Positions 45,916 through 55,949 of a DNA stretch of 64,000 bases are shown piece by piece (positions within the stretch are counted from its first letter, which is position 1; every line of letters starts with the position of its first letter). Made by a program: the position numbers and the translations under genes. The notes beneath the pieces were generated by a model. That model was given only the letters and a program-made list of their open reading frames with translations, did not search any database and was not told where the DNA came from. The stretch is from a bacterium (GTDB lineage Bacteria; Bacillota; Sulfobacillia; UBA995), in assembly GCA_031082145.1 (NCBI GenBank), contig JAVHLP010000008.1:8818-72817 (forward strand), read 5' to 3'.

Positions 45916-48285
45916 ATGGGTTTTCCCTGGGCGGAGGTGACCGAACTCCTCTCCCGGCAACCATCTGGGACCCTGGACCGGCCAGTCGCCGTACCCGTCT
46001 TGCCCGGGAGCTGCGGGGAGAAGCCGCTGGCGCTGATCGGGCAGGCCATCCGGGCGGGCCGCTACCAGGCGGCCCTTGGCCTCCTGGCCCGGGAAGGGGA
46101 GCGGTCGGGAGCCGCCGGTCCCGCCCTTGACCACGCTCAGTTTCAACTCCGGCTGGCAATGGCCCTCGCGTATGGGAGCCGGCCCGGCCGGCGTTGGCAG
46201 GCGCGAGCCCTGGCCCAACTCCAAGAGGCGACGCGGCTAGAACCAGCAGGCGAACCCGGCCGTCGCCTGAGGGCCGTGGTCGCACTCTACGGCGGTAACG
46301 CCGGCGAGGCACTCGCCCTGTACCCGGAACGGCCGCCGCCGGGGCTGGATCGGGCCCGGTGGGCGGTCGAGCATACCCTGATCGCGCTGGCGGCCGGCCG
46401 GCCGGAGGAGGTGAGACCCCGGCTGGAGAGTGCGGAACGGCCGGCGGGCTGGCCCTTGGAGCAGAATCTGGCCGAATGCCTGGGTGCCTGCTACTGGCAC
46501 CGGGGGGACTGGGCGGCCGCCCTCACCTGGTGGGAGAAGGCCGTTGCCCTGGGCGTCCGCCGCCTGGTCGGTCCCCTGGGCCTGTGCTATCACCGGGCGG
46601 CGGCCGCCTGCCAGGATAGCGATCCCGAGCAGGCCCTGGCCTGGTGGGAAGCTGCGGCGCGGCTGCGGCCGATCCGGCCCCCGGGGAGGGCTGCCAGGCG
46701 ATGGGCCCTGCGTCTGCGCTTGTTTCTTGCCTGGCGGGCCTGGGAGGCGAGCGACACCCGGACCGCCCTCTTGCACTGGCAGCGGGCCCGGGAGCTCATC
46801 CCCGGCCACCGGGGTGCCCGCCGGGGCGTGACCCTGGCCCACCTGGCCTTGGGCGACGGCAAGGCCGCGGCCAGGGTGGCAGGGGCGGGAAAGGCAACTG
46901 CCGGCGGGCGGAGTGGCGTCTACCTGCACCTCCTCCGGGCCAGCGCCCTGATCCTGTCCGGAGAGGTTGAGCCGGCCGCCGCCGACACCCTCCGGCTGGC
47001 CCGGGAGGGTGCGGCAGACGTCCGGGTGGACACCATGTGCGTGCTCTTGTTGCTCGCAACGGGCTGGGCGACCGATGCCGTCCGGCGCCTGGCGCCCTTG
47101 CTGGAACGCGATCCCGCCCCACCCTTGGCCGTCAAGGCCGCTGTCCTGGCCGCCCGCGCAACCGGAGACGTTAACCAGGCCGTTAACCTTCTGGGAGGGC
47201 TGCTGACGGCCGATCCCGCCGACCCCTGGGCCCTCTGTCAGTGGCGGGAACTCATGTTGGAGCAGGGCATCCGGGCGGCGGAGGAAGGCCGGCCGGGCGA
47301 CGCTCGCAAGTACTTTGCCAGCGTTCTGCTTCAGAACCATGATGACCCTGAGGCGTGGTTCCAGACCGGGGTCTCCCACCTGGTGGAAGGAGACCCCGAG
47401 GCGGCCGAGGATTGCTTCTCGGAGGCGGTGCGCCACTCGCCTCGGCCGGCCCGCGTGCTCCTGGCGGTCTGTGACCGGCTCCTGCGGGCGGGCGAGACCG
47501 GCGCCGCCCGTCGTTACCTCCGACAGGCCCGCCGGTGCGAGACTTCGTCTTCCTTCGCCGTCGACGCCGCCCATCTCTGCCTGGCCGCCGGCGCCGACGA
47601 CTGGGCGCTGGAAGTGCTCCGCGAGGCGGTGGCCGGCGGGGCAGAACCTGTGGGAACGGTTCACCAGATCCTGGCCAGCCTTCACGACAACGGCTGTCTG
47701 GACCGGGCCGTTCCCTTCCTGGAGGCGGCTCCCCGGTCCGTCTTCTCGGCCCGTACCTGGCTGCTGCTGACCCTTCTCTATATTGAGAAGCACAACTGGG
47801 CGGCGGCTGAGCGGGCACTGGACCGGGCCAGAACGGGGCCGAGGGAGGCGGCGTCCCAGCTGGCCGAAATCCATGCCTTCCTATCCCAGGCGGTGATCCT
47901 GGGCCGTGCCGTGGGCAGTCCGGATCGGGCGAACCTCGCCCGCAGCAAGGCCATCCTGCTCGAGGGTGTCCCTCGCGACAGTGCCGCCACCATCCCGTCC
48001 GGACAGGCGGTGAGCCTGGCCGCCCTGGGGATCCTCCGCGAACAGGCCCGGTGCGGCTGGGGTGTACCTCCCCCGGAACCCGGCCCCGAGCCTCCTCCGC
48101 AACCCCCGGCCGGGGATTACCGGGGGCCACGGCGGCCCCTGCTGGCCTGGTGGCTACAGGTGGAAGGGCGGACCGCGACCAGCAACCACGGAGACTGCCT
48201 AAAGGCCCTGGCCGCCCTGGGATCCGTCCCCGCATCGACCGTGACCGATGGGGAGGCGAGCCCGTCACGGGAGACCTTGCCATGA
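45916..48285 (+). CDS. large TPR-like alpha-helical repeat protein
   Basis: The ATG at 45916 follows GGGGGAAGGG (the listed 45757 start is less likely). The product is about 790 aa of W/A/L/R-rich helical repeats. Its stop overlaps the next start (ATGA). Confidence 0.55.
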   Translation: MGFPWAEVTELLSRQPSGTLDRPVAVPVLPGSCGEKPLALIGQAIRAGRYQAALGLLAREGERSGAAGPALDHAQFQLRLAMALAYGSRPGRRWQARALAQLQEATRLEPAGEPGRRLRAVVALYGGNAGEALALYPERPPPGLDRARWAVEHTLIALAAGRPEEVRPRLESAERPAGWPLEQNLAECLGACYWHRGDWAAALTWWEKAVALGVRRLVGPLGLCYHRAAAACQDSDPEQALAWWEAAARLRPIRPPGRAARRWALRLRLFLAWRAWEASDTRTALLHWQRARELIPGHRGARRGVTLAHLALGDGKAAARVAGAGKATAGGRSGVYLHLLRASALILSGEVEPAAADTLRLAREGAADVRVDTMCVLLLLATGWATDAVRRLAPLLERDPAPPLAVKAAVLAARATGDVNQAVNLLGGLLTADPADPWALCQWRELMLEQGIRAAEEGRPGDARKYFASVLLQNHDDPEAWFQTGVSHLVEGDPEAAEDCFSEAVRHSPRPARVLLAVCDRLLRAGETGAARRYLRQARRCETSSSFAVDAAHLCLAAGADDWALEVLREAVAGGAEPVGTVHQILASLHDNGCLDRAVPFLEAAPRSVFSARTWLLLTLLYIEKHNWAAAERALDRARTGPREAASQLAEIHAFLSQAVILGRAVGSPDRANLARSKAILLEGVPRDSAATIPSGQAVSLAALGILREQARCGWGVPPPEPGPEPPPQPPAGDYRGPRRPLLAWWLQVEGRTATSNHGDCLKALAALGSVPASTVTDGEASPSRETLP

Positions 48286-49676
48286 CCTCGGTGGTCATCT
48301 GCCGTGACCGCGCCTTCGCCGACCAGCTGTCGCCGCTCCTGCCCGGGGTAACGGTGACGACCGCACCCGACCCGGCCGTCAAGTGGGACGTCGCCGTCCA
48401 CTGGACTCCAGGCTTCGCGCCCGTCAACGCTCTCCGCCATCTCAACCCACCGGCAGCTCTTGAGCGGCTGGCCTCGTTGCCGACGGCCCGGAAAGTGCTC
48501 CGGCTAAACGGGTTGCGAACCCTACCCGGCTTCGGGCAAGCCTCCACCCCTTCCCTCGGGGGGGGCTTCTGCCGGGTACACCTCTTCGACGGCGCGGCCA
48601 TCTCCGTCAGGGCCCCTGGGGGCCGGTACCACCGGCAGAATCTGGTGTCAATGGCGCTCCGGGCCCTGTACTGCCTGGGCCTGGATTTCGGCGCCGTCGA
48701 CCTGCGCCCCCGCCGGTTGACGGCGACCGTCCTGCGCATCGACCCCGCCCCGGCTGTCGATGCTCCCCTGGCCGAAGCCTATGCCAGGGCGATGCTGCCG
48801 CGGCTGGCCGGCGAAACCGGCGACGGGGGGCCGGTCAAGATCGGGGCCGATCCGGAGTTCATCGTGTTCCGCCGGCGGGATGGCAGGCGCGTTCCGGCAT
48901 CCCGCTTCTTCCGCCGTCACGCGGGGATCGGTTGCGACTGGGCCCCGGGGTTCCGTGGCTTCCCCCTAGGCGAACTCCGGCCCTCGCCGTCCGAGTGCCC
49001 TCTCCGGCTCACGGAAACCCTGGCCGTCCAGATCGAGAGGGCGAGGCGCCATGTCGGCGGCGATTTCGGTCTGGTCGCCGGAAGCCGTCCTTACCCGTCC
49101 TTGTACATCGGCGGCCACGTTCACTTCTCCGGCGTGGTTCTGACCGCCGACCTCCTGCGGGCCCTGGATACGTACGTCGCCCTGCCTGTGCTGCTGCTGG
49201 AAGCGGCCTCGCCGGCCAGCAGCCGCCGGAGGCGCTACGGATTCCTGGGCGATTGCCGCCGCAAGCGGCACGGCGGCTTCGAGTACCGCACCCTACCCAG
49301 TTGGCTGGTGTCCCCGGAGGTGACCGCCGCCGTCCTCTGCCTGGCCTACCTGGTAGTCCTGGAGCACCGGCGGCTCAGGGGGCGACTGCTGGTAGACCCT
49401 GAACGGCAGGAAGCGTTCTACCAGGCGGACAAGGAGACCCTCCGCCCGCTCTGGCCCAGGCTCTGGGCCGATCTCAGGGCGACGCCATCGTATTCTCGCT
49501 TCCGCAGTCCCCTCCGGATCCTCCCCGACCTGATCGAGCGGCGGGTGACCTGGGATGAACGGCTTGAACTGGGAGCAGCGTGGTCCCAGTACAAGCCCGA
49601 CCAGGTGAAGGCCGAGCCGGCCATCACGGCTCTGGCCATGGCCCTCCGGCTCTTCACCCGCCGCGCCACAAAGTAG
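48282..49676 (+). CDS. amidoligase fusion paralog (ATP-grasp C-lobe remnant plus GS/GCS2-like domain)
   Basis: It is the paralog of 10771..12150. Shared motifs are LYCLGLDFGAVDL, KIGADPEFIVF, YIGGHVHFSG and RRYGFLGDCRRKRHGGFEYRT. Confidence 0.5.
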   Translation: MTSVVICRDRAFADQLSPLLPGVTVTTAPDPAVKWDVAVHWTPGFAPVNALRHLNPPAALERLASLPTARKVLRLNGLRTLPGFGQASTPSLGGGFCRVHLFDGAAISVRAPGGRYHRQNLVSMALRALYCLGLDFGAVDLRPRRLTATVLRIDPAPAVDAPLAEAYARAMLPRLAGETGDGGPVKIGADPEFIVFRRRDGRRVPASRFFRRHAGIGCDWAPGFRGFPLGELRPSPSECPLRLTETLAVQIERARRHVGGDFGLVAGSRPYPSLYIGGHVHFSGVVLTADLLRALDTYVALPVLLLEAASPASSRRRRYGFLGDCRRKRHGGFEYRTLPSWLVSPEVTAAVLCLAYLVVLEHRRLRGRLLVDPERQEAFYQADKETLRPLWPRLWADLRATPSYSRFRSPLRILPDLIERRVTWDERLELGAAWSQYKPDQVKAEPAITALAMALRLFTRRATK

Positions 49677-49685
49677 GAATCGGGT

Positions 49686-52130
49686 TCAGGCCGAGGCCAG
49701 GCGGCCTCGAGCCAGCCACTCCTCAACATCCAGGGGTTGACCGAACCGGATCGCCTCCGCCTGCAGGCGCGGGGACGGCAGTTCGGCGCCCGCCGGAGAC
49801 ACTTCGGTGGCCGCTATCCCTTGCAGGATGGCCTCCAATTCCTCCCGTGCCCAGGCTTGCCATTTCCTGGCCGGTTCGGGCTCGGGCGGCGACTTCTCCA
49901 GCATCCAGCTGTCCAGGATACTCCCAACGGCGCCCTCGAACTGGCGTTGATCGGTTGACCCCACCGTTCGCAGGAGGATCAGGGCCTGCGAGAGCTGGAC
50001 AGCCGCCGTCGCCAGGATCTGATCTCCCCCTCCGTCGGCTGGAATGCGATCGAGGGCCTCCTGGGCCCTACGCCAGGCGCCGGCACGGATATGCTGGACG
50101 GCCACCAGGAGGTGGACCCGGGGGCTACCGGAAGTCACCTCCAGGGCATCATCGAGGACGGTCAAGGTCTTGCCGACATCGCCAATCCGGATGACCAACC
50201 GCAAGATGAGGGGAAGCTCCCGGGCGCCGGCGTCGCATTGACGCAGGCCGGCCTGAAGGCGTTCAAAGGCCAGTTCCGGCCATTTGTTCTCCAGACAGGT
50301 CTCGGCTATCAGCAGTTCCGTGGCCGCGGTGGGATCCAGTTCCAGGGCGCGGTCGAAGTAGGCGCGGGCCTCCTCCCGCCGGCCGACCAGGAGCTGGCAG
50401 CCGCCGACTTTCACCAGTGTCTCAGCAGAACCCGGCCGCACCCGGACCGCTTCGTCGAGGCAGTCCTTGGCGGCGGCCTCATTGCCCTGTTGGAGGTGTA
50501 GTAGCCCGCACCATATCCAACCATCGGCATCCTCCCGGTCCTGAAGCAGCAGCGCGGCGAAGGTCTGCATGGCCTCCTTCCAGTTGCCGGCCTTCCAGGC
50601 ATTGATGCCGACTTCGAGGGAGTGCTGCCGCCACCGGGCGGCGGTCTCCGGGTCCGGCCGCAGCACCATTGCCCGCTTCCAGCCTTCGGCCTTCTCGCCG
50701 GGGGGCCGGCCGCCCAGGTCCACGGCCAAGGCCCAGCCCAGCGCGAGCTGGGGATCTCCGGGATGCTGGCCGTGCGCGGCTTCAAAGGCCGCCCGAGCCC
50801 CCTCGAGGTCTCCCCCCAACAGGCAGATGAAACCCTGGATCCGGCCCAAGGTGGCATCGGCCGGCAGTTCTCTCACCTGCCGGAGGGCGTTGACAGCCTC
50901 GCCAGCCTTGCCCTGGCGGGCCAGAGCTATCCCCCGGTGAACAGCGCTCAGCGCCCTCACGTGGCCATCTCCCGCCGCCCGCGCCAGTTCACCGGCCTGG
51001 CGCCACCACTCACCCGCCTCCCGCCACTCTTCCGCGGACTCGTGAACCAGCGCGAGATTGCCGGCGGCGGCGGCGGATTTCCGGGTCTCGAAGGAACGCC
51101 TCCAGGTATCCCCCGCCTCCTGCCGCCGCCCCTCCTGCCACTGCGCGTTGCCGGCCAGGAGCTCGGCGGTGGCCAGGAGATCGGTCATCACCGGCTCTCC
51201 GGGCTTGAGTTCCAACGCTTGCCGGCAAGCCCGGACGGCTGGCGCGTGATCACCACCGGCGAGGGCGGCCAAAGCCTGCTCTTCGTAGGCAGCCAGCAGT
51301 TTGACAACACTGGCGCCACCGGCTGCCCGGCGGTACTGGTCCGCTTCTTCCATCCGGCCAAGGGCCTCGCAGACATCGCCCAGCAGGCCCGCAACCTTGG
51401 TGGCCTCTCCGGGGAAGCCGTTCTCGGCCAGGACCTGGTACTGCTCAGCCAGCCAGTCCCGGAGCCAGGCGGCCGGCTCAACCGACCGGCTCAGATCGAG
51501 GACGTCGGCCCACCAGATCTCGGGGGGAGTTGTGGCCGGATCGAGAGGCTCTAGCGCCTCTTCCGGCCGGCCCAGGGCGGCCAGGGCCAGGGCCCGCAGG
51601 CGGGCCCAACCCCACCGGGGAATGGAGTTCTCCGCCGCCGCTTCGGGGGCCGTTAGCAGGTCCAGGGCACCGGAAGGGTCTCCCTGCCGGAGGCGAGCAA
51701 GGACGCAGTAGTAGCGCGTCTCCGGGGCGGCTCCATCCAGGTCTAACCCCCGGGCCAGGTCGGCCGCGGCGCCCGCCAGGTCCCCCATGCGGTAGCGGCA
51801 CATCCCGAGCTCGTGAGCGTAGCGAGCGCTCGCGGCGTCCCACTGCACCGCCTCTTGGAGCGCAGCCAGGGCTCTCGCCATGGCCTGGGCAGTGGGCTTT
51901 CCCCGCAGGAAGGCTCGGCTTCTCTGGTAGTAGGCCCTACCCATGCGCTGCTTGACCGCGTCCACCAGTGGGGACTCGAGGTCCTGATTATTCGCCAGGA
52001 AGCCGCGCCAGACCTTGATCGCCGCGGCGGGACTGCCCTTTGCCATAAGCCTGTCGCCCCTGGCTACGAGTTGGGGAAGCTGCCCGGTAGACACGGAGGA
52101 GTGGCCCCCTTTTTCATTGGGTTGGACCAC
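49686..52130 (-). CDS. large TPR-repeat protein
   Basis: The product is 814 aa of tandem TPR-like units and is convergent with the amidoligase paralog. Confidence 0.6.
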   Translation of the reverse strand: MVQPNEKGGHSSVSTGQLPQLVARGDRLMAKGSPAAAIKVWRGFLANNQDLESPLVDAVKQRMGRAYYQRSRAFLRGKPTAQAMARALAALQEAVQWDAASARYAHELGMCRYRMGDLAGAAADLARGLDLDGAAPETRYYCVLARLRQGDPSGALDLLTAPEAAAENSIPRWGWARLRALALAALGRPEEALEPLDPATTPPEIWWADVLDLSRSVEPAAWLRDWLAEQYQVLAENGFPGEATKVAGLLGDVCEALGRMEEADQYRRAAGGASVVKLLAAYEEQALAALAGGDHAPAVRACRQALELKPGEPVMTDLLATAELLAGNAQWQEGRRQEAGDTWRRSFETRKSAAAAGNLALVHESAEEWREAGEWWRQAGELARAAGDGHVRALSAVHRGIALARQGKAGEAVNALRQVRELPADATLGRIQGFICLLGGDLEGARAAFEAAHGQHPGDPQLALGWALAVDLGGRPPGEKAEGWKRAMVLRPDPETAARWRQHSLEVGINAWKAGNWKEAMQTFAALLLQDREDADGWIWCGLLHLQQGNEAAAKDCLDEAVRVRPGSAETLVKVGGCQLLVGRREEARAYFDRALELDPTAATELLIAETCLENKWPELAFERLQAGLRQCDAGARELPLILRLVIRIGDVGKTLTVLDDALEVTSGSPRVHLLVAVQHIRAGAWRRAQEALDRIPADGGGDQILATAAVQLSQALILLRTVGSTDQRQFEGAVGSILDSWMLEKSPPEPEPARKWQAWAREELEAILQGIAATEVSPAGAELPSPRLQAEAIRFGQPLDVEEWLARGRLASA

Positions 52131-52278
52131 TATATTCCGCTAGCGGCCAACGGGTGACGAGAGTCCCGGGTCGCCCGGCCCAGAGCGCCGGGGCCCGAAC
52201 AATGGCCGCTTACCCAGTCTCTCCACGGCGCCACCATCGATTGACCACATCTCCCCGCTAAACTCTCTCGGGAGGGGG

Positions 52279-53655
52279 ATGCTGGTGAAGCCGAGGCCAC
52301 TGCCCTGGCAGCCGATCGCCCGAAACCTCACCCAGCTCGGCTTCTTAATCGCGGTCCTCTACGCGGGGATTGGCCGCCACTTGGGCTGGCGGCTGCCCAC
52401 GGTGGACGCCATCTGCCCCTTCGGCGCCCTGGAAGGGGCCTGGCACCTGATCGCCCATGGCCGGTACCTGGGCAAGCTCTTCCCTTCTAACCTCGTCGTG
52501 GCCGGAGCCGTCGCCGCCTCCGTCTTGCTGGCCGGGGCGGCCTTCTGCGGCTGGATCTGCCCCCTGGGGACGCTCCAGGATTGGCTGTCCCGGCTGGGGC
52601 GACGCCTCCGGCTGCCTGTTCTCCGGGTGGCACCGGCGGTTGAGCGCCGCCTGGCCCACCTTCGCTTCCTCACCCTGGCCGTGATCCTCGGGCTCACGAT
52701 CCACGCCACCGAACTGGTCTTCAGCGAGGTCTGCCCTTACCGGGCCATCTTCAGCGCCACCTGGCTGTTTTCGCCGGCTTGGCGGGACTGGCCGGCCTAC
52801 GCCCTGGCCGGCGCCATCCTCCTGGCCGCCCTGTTTGTGGGCAGGGCCTGGTGCCGCTTCCTCTGCCCCCTGGGGGCTGTCTTGTCCGTGGTCTCCCGGC
52901 TCAGCCTGGCCCGAGTCAGGTGCAACCCGGAAGCCTGCACCGGTTGCGGGATCTGCCGGCAGGCCTGCCCCATGAACCTCGATCCCCAGGCTGCCCCTGG
53001 CCCCGCTCCTTCCTGCCTGGCGTGCCTGGAGTGCGTCAGGGCTTGCCCGCGACCGGAGGCCCTGGCCCTCTCCTGCCGCAGGCCGTGGCTGTTGCCCCGG
53101 CCTGCCCAGCCGCTGCTGCCGTTGGCTGCCGTTCTCGTCTTCGCCGGGGTGATCGCCCTCGCCAGCACTACCGGGGTCTGGGCCACCTCCGGCATGGGGC
53201 AGGCCTACCACTCCGCCCTGGCCTCGGGCGAACGCCTGGCCCCGGAGGATATCCGGGGCTGGATGACCCTGGCCGACGTCTCGCGGGCCACCGGCGTACC
53301 GCTCGAGCACCTCTACGCGGCGGGACAACTCCCCCCGGACCTCTCCCCTACCACTCCCCTGCGGGAGTTGGAGCAGCGGCTGGGATTTGAAACGCAGGAT
53401 GCCCGGCAGATAGTGGCCGACTACTACCGGGAACACCCCGACACCCGCATCGAGCCTGCCGGCCCCGCCCCGGTCAGGCTCAGGGGCCGTACGACGTTGG
53501 ACGAGATCGCCACCGGGTACGGGATCCCCGGGGACAGACTACTGGGGCTCCTGGGCCTACCCGCCACCACTCCGGGCTCCGCCTCCCTGACATCGCTGGG
53601 GCTCAACCCGTCAAGGGTGCAAAGGATGGTGGAAGCCGGCCTGGGCGACCGGTAG
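52279..53655 (+). CDS. NapH/MauN-like polyferredoxin membrane protein
   Basis: GGGAGGGGG precedes the ATG. The product has TM helices with two CxxCPxG motifs (CGWICPLG, CRFLCPLG) plus two C-terminal 4Fe-4S motifs (CTGCGICRQACP, CLACLECVRACP). Confidence 0.7.
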   Translation: MLVKPRPLPWQPIARNLTQLGFLIAVLYAGIGRHLGWRLPTVDAICPFGALEGAWHLIAHGRYLGKLFPSNLVVAGAVAASVLLAGAAFCGWICPLGTLQDWLSRLGRRLRLPVLRVAPAVERRLAHLRFLTLAVILGLTIHATELVFSEVCPYRAIFSATWLFSPAWRDWPAYALAGAILLAALFVGRAWCRFLCPLGAVLSVVSRLSLARVRCNPEACTGCGICRQACPMNLDPQAAPGPAPSCLACLECVRACPRPEALALSCRRPWLLPRPAQPLLPLAAVLVFAGVIALASTTGVWATSGMGQAYHSALASGERLAPEDIRGWMTLADVSRATGVPLEHLYAAGQLPPDLSPTTPLRELEQRLGFETQDARQIVADYYREHPDTRIEPAGPAPVRLRGRTTLDEIATGYGIPGDRLLGLLGLPATTPGSASLTSLGLNPSRVQRMVEAGLGDR

Positions 53656-53676
53656 GGCGAGGCGAGCCGTCTCTCG

Positions 53677-54558
53677 TCACCCTCCCCCCGCCTGCCACCG
53701 GAAGCGGAACAGGCAGCGTTGATCGCCCCGGGCCAGCAGTTCCGGACGTTCCAGGACCATGTCGGCGTTGAAGGCCCTCACCCGCTCGATGTCGGCCGCG
53801 CAGAAGAGCGGCTCCGTTGCCCCGGGCAGTCCCCGCTGGGCCAAGTGTAGTGCTAGCGGGCAGCGGCTGACCTCCACCTCCACCCCGTCATCGTCCAGCC
53901 TGAGGGTCCGGTAGACGAAGCCCCGCTCCTCATCGGAGGGGTTGAACAGGAAGCGATGGAGAGCCTCCATGTCTCTGGCCTCGCCACGGGCAGCCATCTC
54001 GCCGGCGCGCGTTTCGGCAGCGTCGGCCGCTTGGCGATGGTATATGGCGGCCAGGACTTCCAGCGCGCGGTCGTCGCCCGCCTGCTGGAGCGCGGCCAGG
54101 AGACGGAACAACAGGTCCCGGTAGTAGAAGCCGGCATCCACTTCCCCTCTCTGGCCGCCGGTCGGAAGGGAAAACCCGTCTAACAGATCCTGAAGATCTG
54201 CCGTCCGGTGGTAAAAACGCACCACCCTGGCGATACCCCGCAAGGTGTCGCTGACGTCCGCTCCGGTCACCGCCACAACGAAGACCGGCTTGCCGAGAGC
54301 ATGCCCGTACCCTGCCTCGATGCCTAACCCCACCCCCTTCTCGGAGAGCTCGACCAGGACGACATCCGAGGCCTGGATGAGGTCAACCGTCCTCGCCATC
54401 AGGTCCCGACAGGAGTATCGGCGGCCTCCCCATTCTTCCAGGTCGCGGGCCACGCACACGACCCGGTGCCCGCGAGCCCCCAGGGTAGCGATGATCTCCT
54501 CCACCAGCCCCCGGTTGCGGTGGTCGGCGTGATACTTGATGCTCAGGAAGATCTGCAC
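53677..54558 (-). CDS. two-domain protein: YtoQ / nucleoside-2-deoxyribosyltransferase-like N-domain plus ATC-hydrolase-like C-domain
   Basis: The GTG at 54558 follows GGGGAGGG. The N-domain reads IFLSIKYHADHRNRGLVEEI...VVLVELSEKGVGLGIEAGYGHALGKPVFVV. The C-domain ends ...DQRCLFRFRW, as in L-2-amino-thiazoline-4-carboxylate hydrolase-family proteins. The call is from memory. Confidence 0.45.
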   Translation of the reverse strand: MQIFLSIKYHADHRNRGLVEEIIATLGARGHRVVCVARDLEEWGGRRYSCRDLMARTVDLIQASDVVLVELSEKGVGLGIEAGYGHALGKPVFVVAVTGADVSDTLRGIARVVRFYHRTADLQDLLDGFSLPTGGQRGEVDAGFYYRDLLFRLLAALQQAGDDRALEVLAAIYHRQAADAAETRAGEMAARGEARDMEALHRFLFNPSDEERGFVYRTLRLDDDGVEVEVSRCPLALHLAQRGLPGATEPLFCAADIERVRAFNADMVLERPELLARGDQRCLFRFRWQAGGG

Positions 54559-54855
54559 CCCGATCCCTCCCCCGGCCCCCCCCAAGCCCGGTGCAGGCCG
54601 GCGTCCCTCACTTCGCCGCTCGGATCGCACTGTCCTCGGGCCGGAGGCTGAAGCCGGGCTAGCGGGGTGTCCCACGTTGCCCCTGCCGACGCACAGCCGC
54701 ATTCTTCTGCATTTTTCGCCTTCCCCCGGCAGGAATGGCAGCATCGGGCACGAAGTAACATCGCGGTATGCGGTTTCTTTTTTGGCCTCCCTTCCTCATC
54801 AGAGATGAGTGGTGGTGAGGAGCGGGAACACGGGTGGCCGATGGGAGGGTTGCTC

Positions 54856-55875
54856 ATGCCTGAGCTCTGCAAGGTGTCAGACGTGGTCCTGGCCCTGGAC
54901 CGGATCACCGGTGGCCGCGTCGTGACGGAGACGGCTGATCTGTTCTCGGGTACCAACCGGTTTGTGGTCACCAAGTCGTCCGGAATCCCCGGCAAGGCGG
55001 TCACCGAGACTCCAGGCTTGGTCTTCGGCGACCCCGCACAAGCGGTGAGGCGCCTGGCGGTCAGCATGACGCTGACCGAGTCCCAACTGGAACTGGCCGG
55101 TGCCACCGGCATCGACGCCATCGTGGCCCACCATCCGGTGGCGGACGCCGCCAACTCGGGGGGAGTCCCCCTCAAGAGCTACGTTTCGCTTTACAGCATC
55201 GCCATCCTTGAGCTCCACGAGGCTTTCCACGGGCTGCACCCAGGCCTCCCCTTCATCCACGGTCACCGCAGCTTCCGGGTTGACGTAGCTTACGGCGGCA
55301 TACCGGGCAACGTCATGTATGTGGGTACCGCCCTGGAGGGTGTCAGCACGGCCGGCGATGTCCTGACCCGGCTGGAGTCTTTCGGGGGCTTTGACGTCGA
55401 ACATGCCTTGCTCCAACAGGAGCGGGAACTCAGGGGCAACGACAACATCCAGGAGACCAACGCGGCCACGGGAGCCTGCATCCTGAACGGAAGCCCCGCA
55501 AGCCCCGTGAAGACCATCCTGCACATCTTCCCGCACACTGGGTTCAGCGTGGCCCATCTCGAGCAGGCCCTGCAGGAGCACCCGGAGATCGACACCGTGG
55601 TCGCTTCCATCAGCCGCGTCCGGCCCGGTCACCCCCTTGTCGAGAAGGCAAACGAGCGGGGCCTGACCTTTGTCCTGGGCAACACTCACGCCCTCGAGAT
55701 CCTGGAGAACGGGATGCCCCTGGCGGTGGCCCTGGAAGCCCTGTTGCCGGGAGTAGAAGTGCTGCTCCTCCGGGAGAGAGCGACGCTGGTACCCCTGGTT
55801 GCGGCCGGGACGCCGGCAATTCGCACCTACGCTCGCGATATTGCGGAGCGCTTCCTGATCCCCGACCGATCCTGA
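54856..55875 (+). CDS. Nif3-family protein (second paralog)
   Basis: GGAGGG precedes the ATG at 54856. The product has GIDAIVAHHPV and is about 339 aa. Confidence 0.6.
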   Translation: MPELCKVSDVVLALDRITGGRVVTETADLFSGTNRFVVTKSSGIPGKAVTETPGLVFGDPAQAVRRLAVSMTLTESQLELAGATGIDAIVAHHPVADAANSGGVPLKSYVSLYSIAILELHEAFHGLHPGLPFIHGHRSFRVDVAYGGIPGNVMYVGTALEGVSTAGDVLTRLESFGGFDVEHALLQQERELRGNDNIQETNAATGACILNGSPASPVKTILHIFPHTGFSVAHLEQALQEHPEIDTVVASISRVRPGHPLVEKANERGLTFVLGNTHALEILENGMPLAVALEALLPGVEVLLLRERATLVPLVAAGTPAIRTYARDIAERFLIPDRS

Positions 55876-55949
55876 CGGGAGGTGAGATGCCAAGCGAACC
55901 CGATTCCCCAAAGAGTCACAACACGCCTTCATCAGAGGAGGTAAGGTGC

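Noticed and set aside
46237-48739. 545-aa and 495-aa minus-strand ORFs
   Set aside because: They run antisense to the TPR and amidoligase genes and are extremely Arg/Pro/Gly-rich. I treat them as artefacts.
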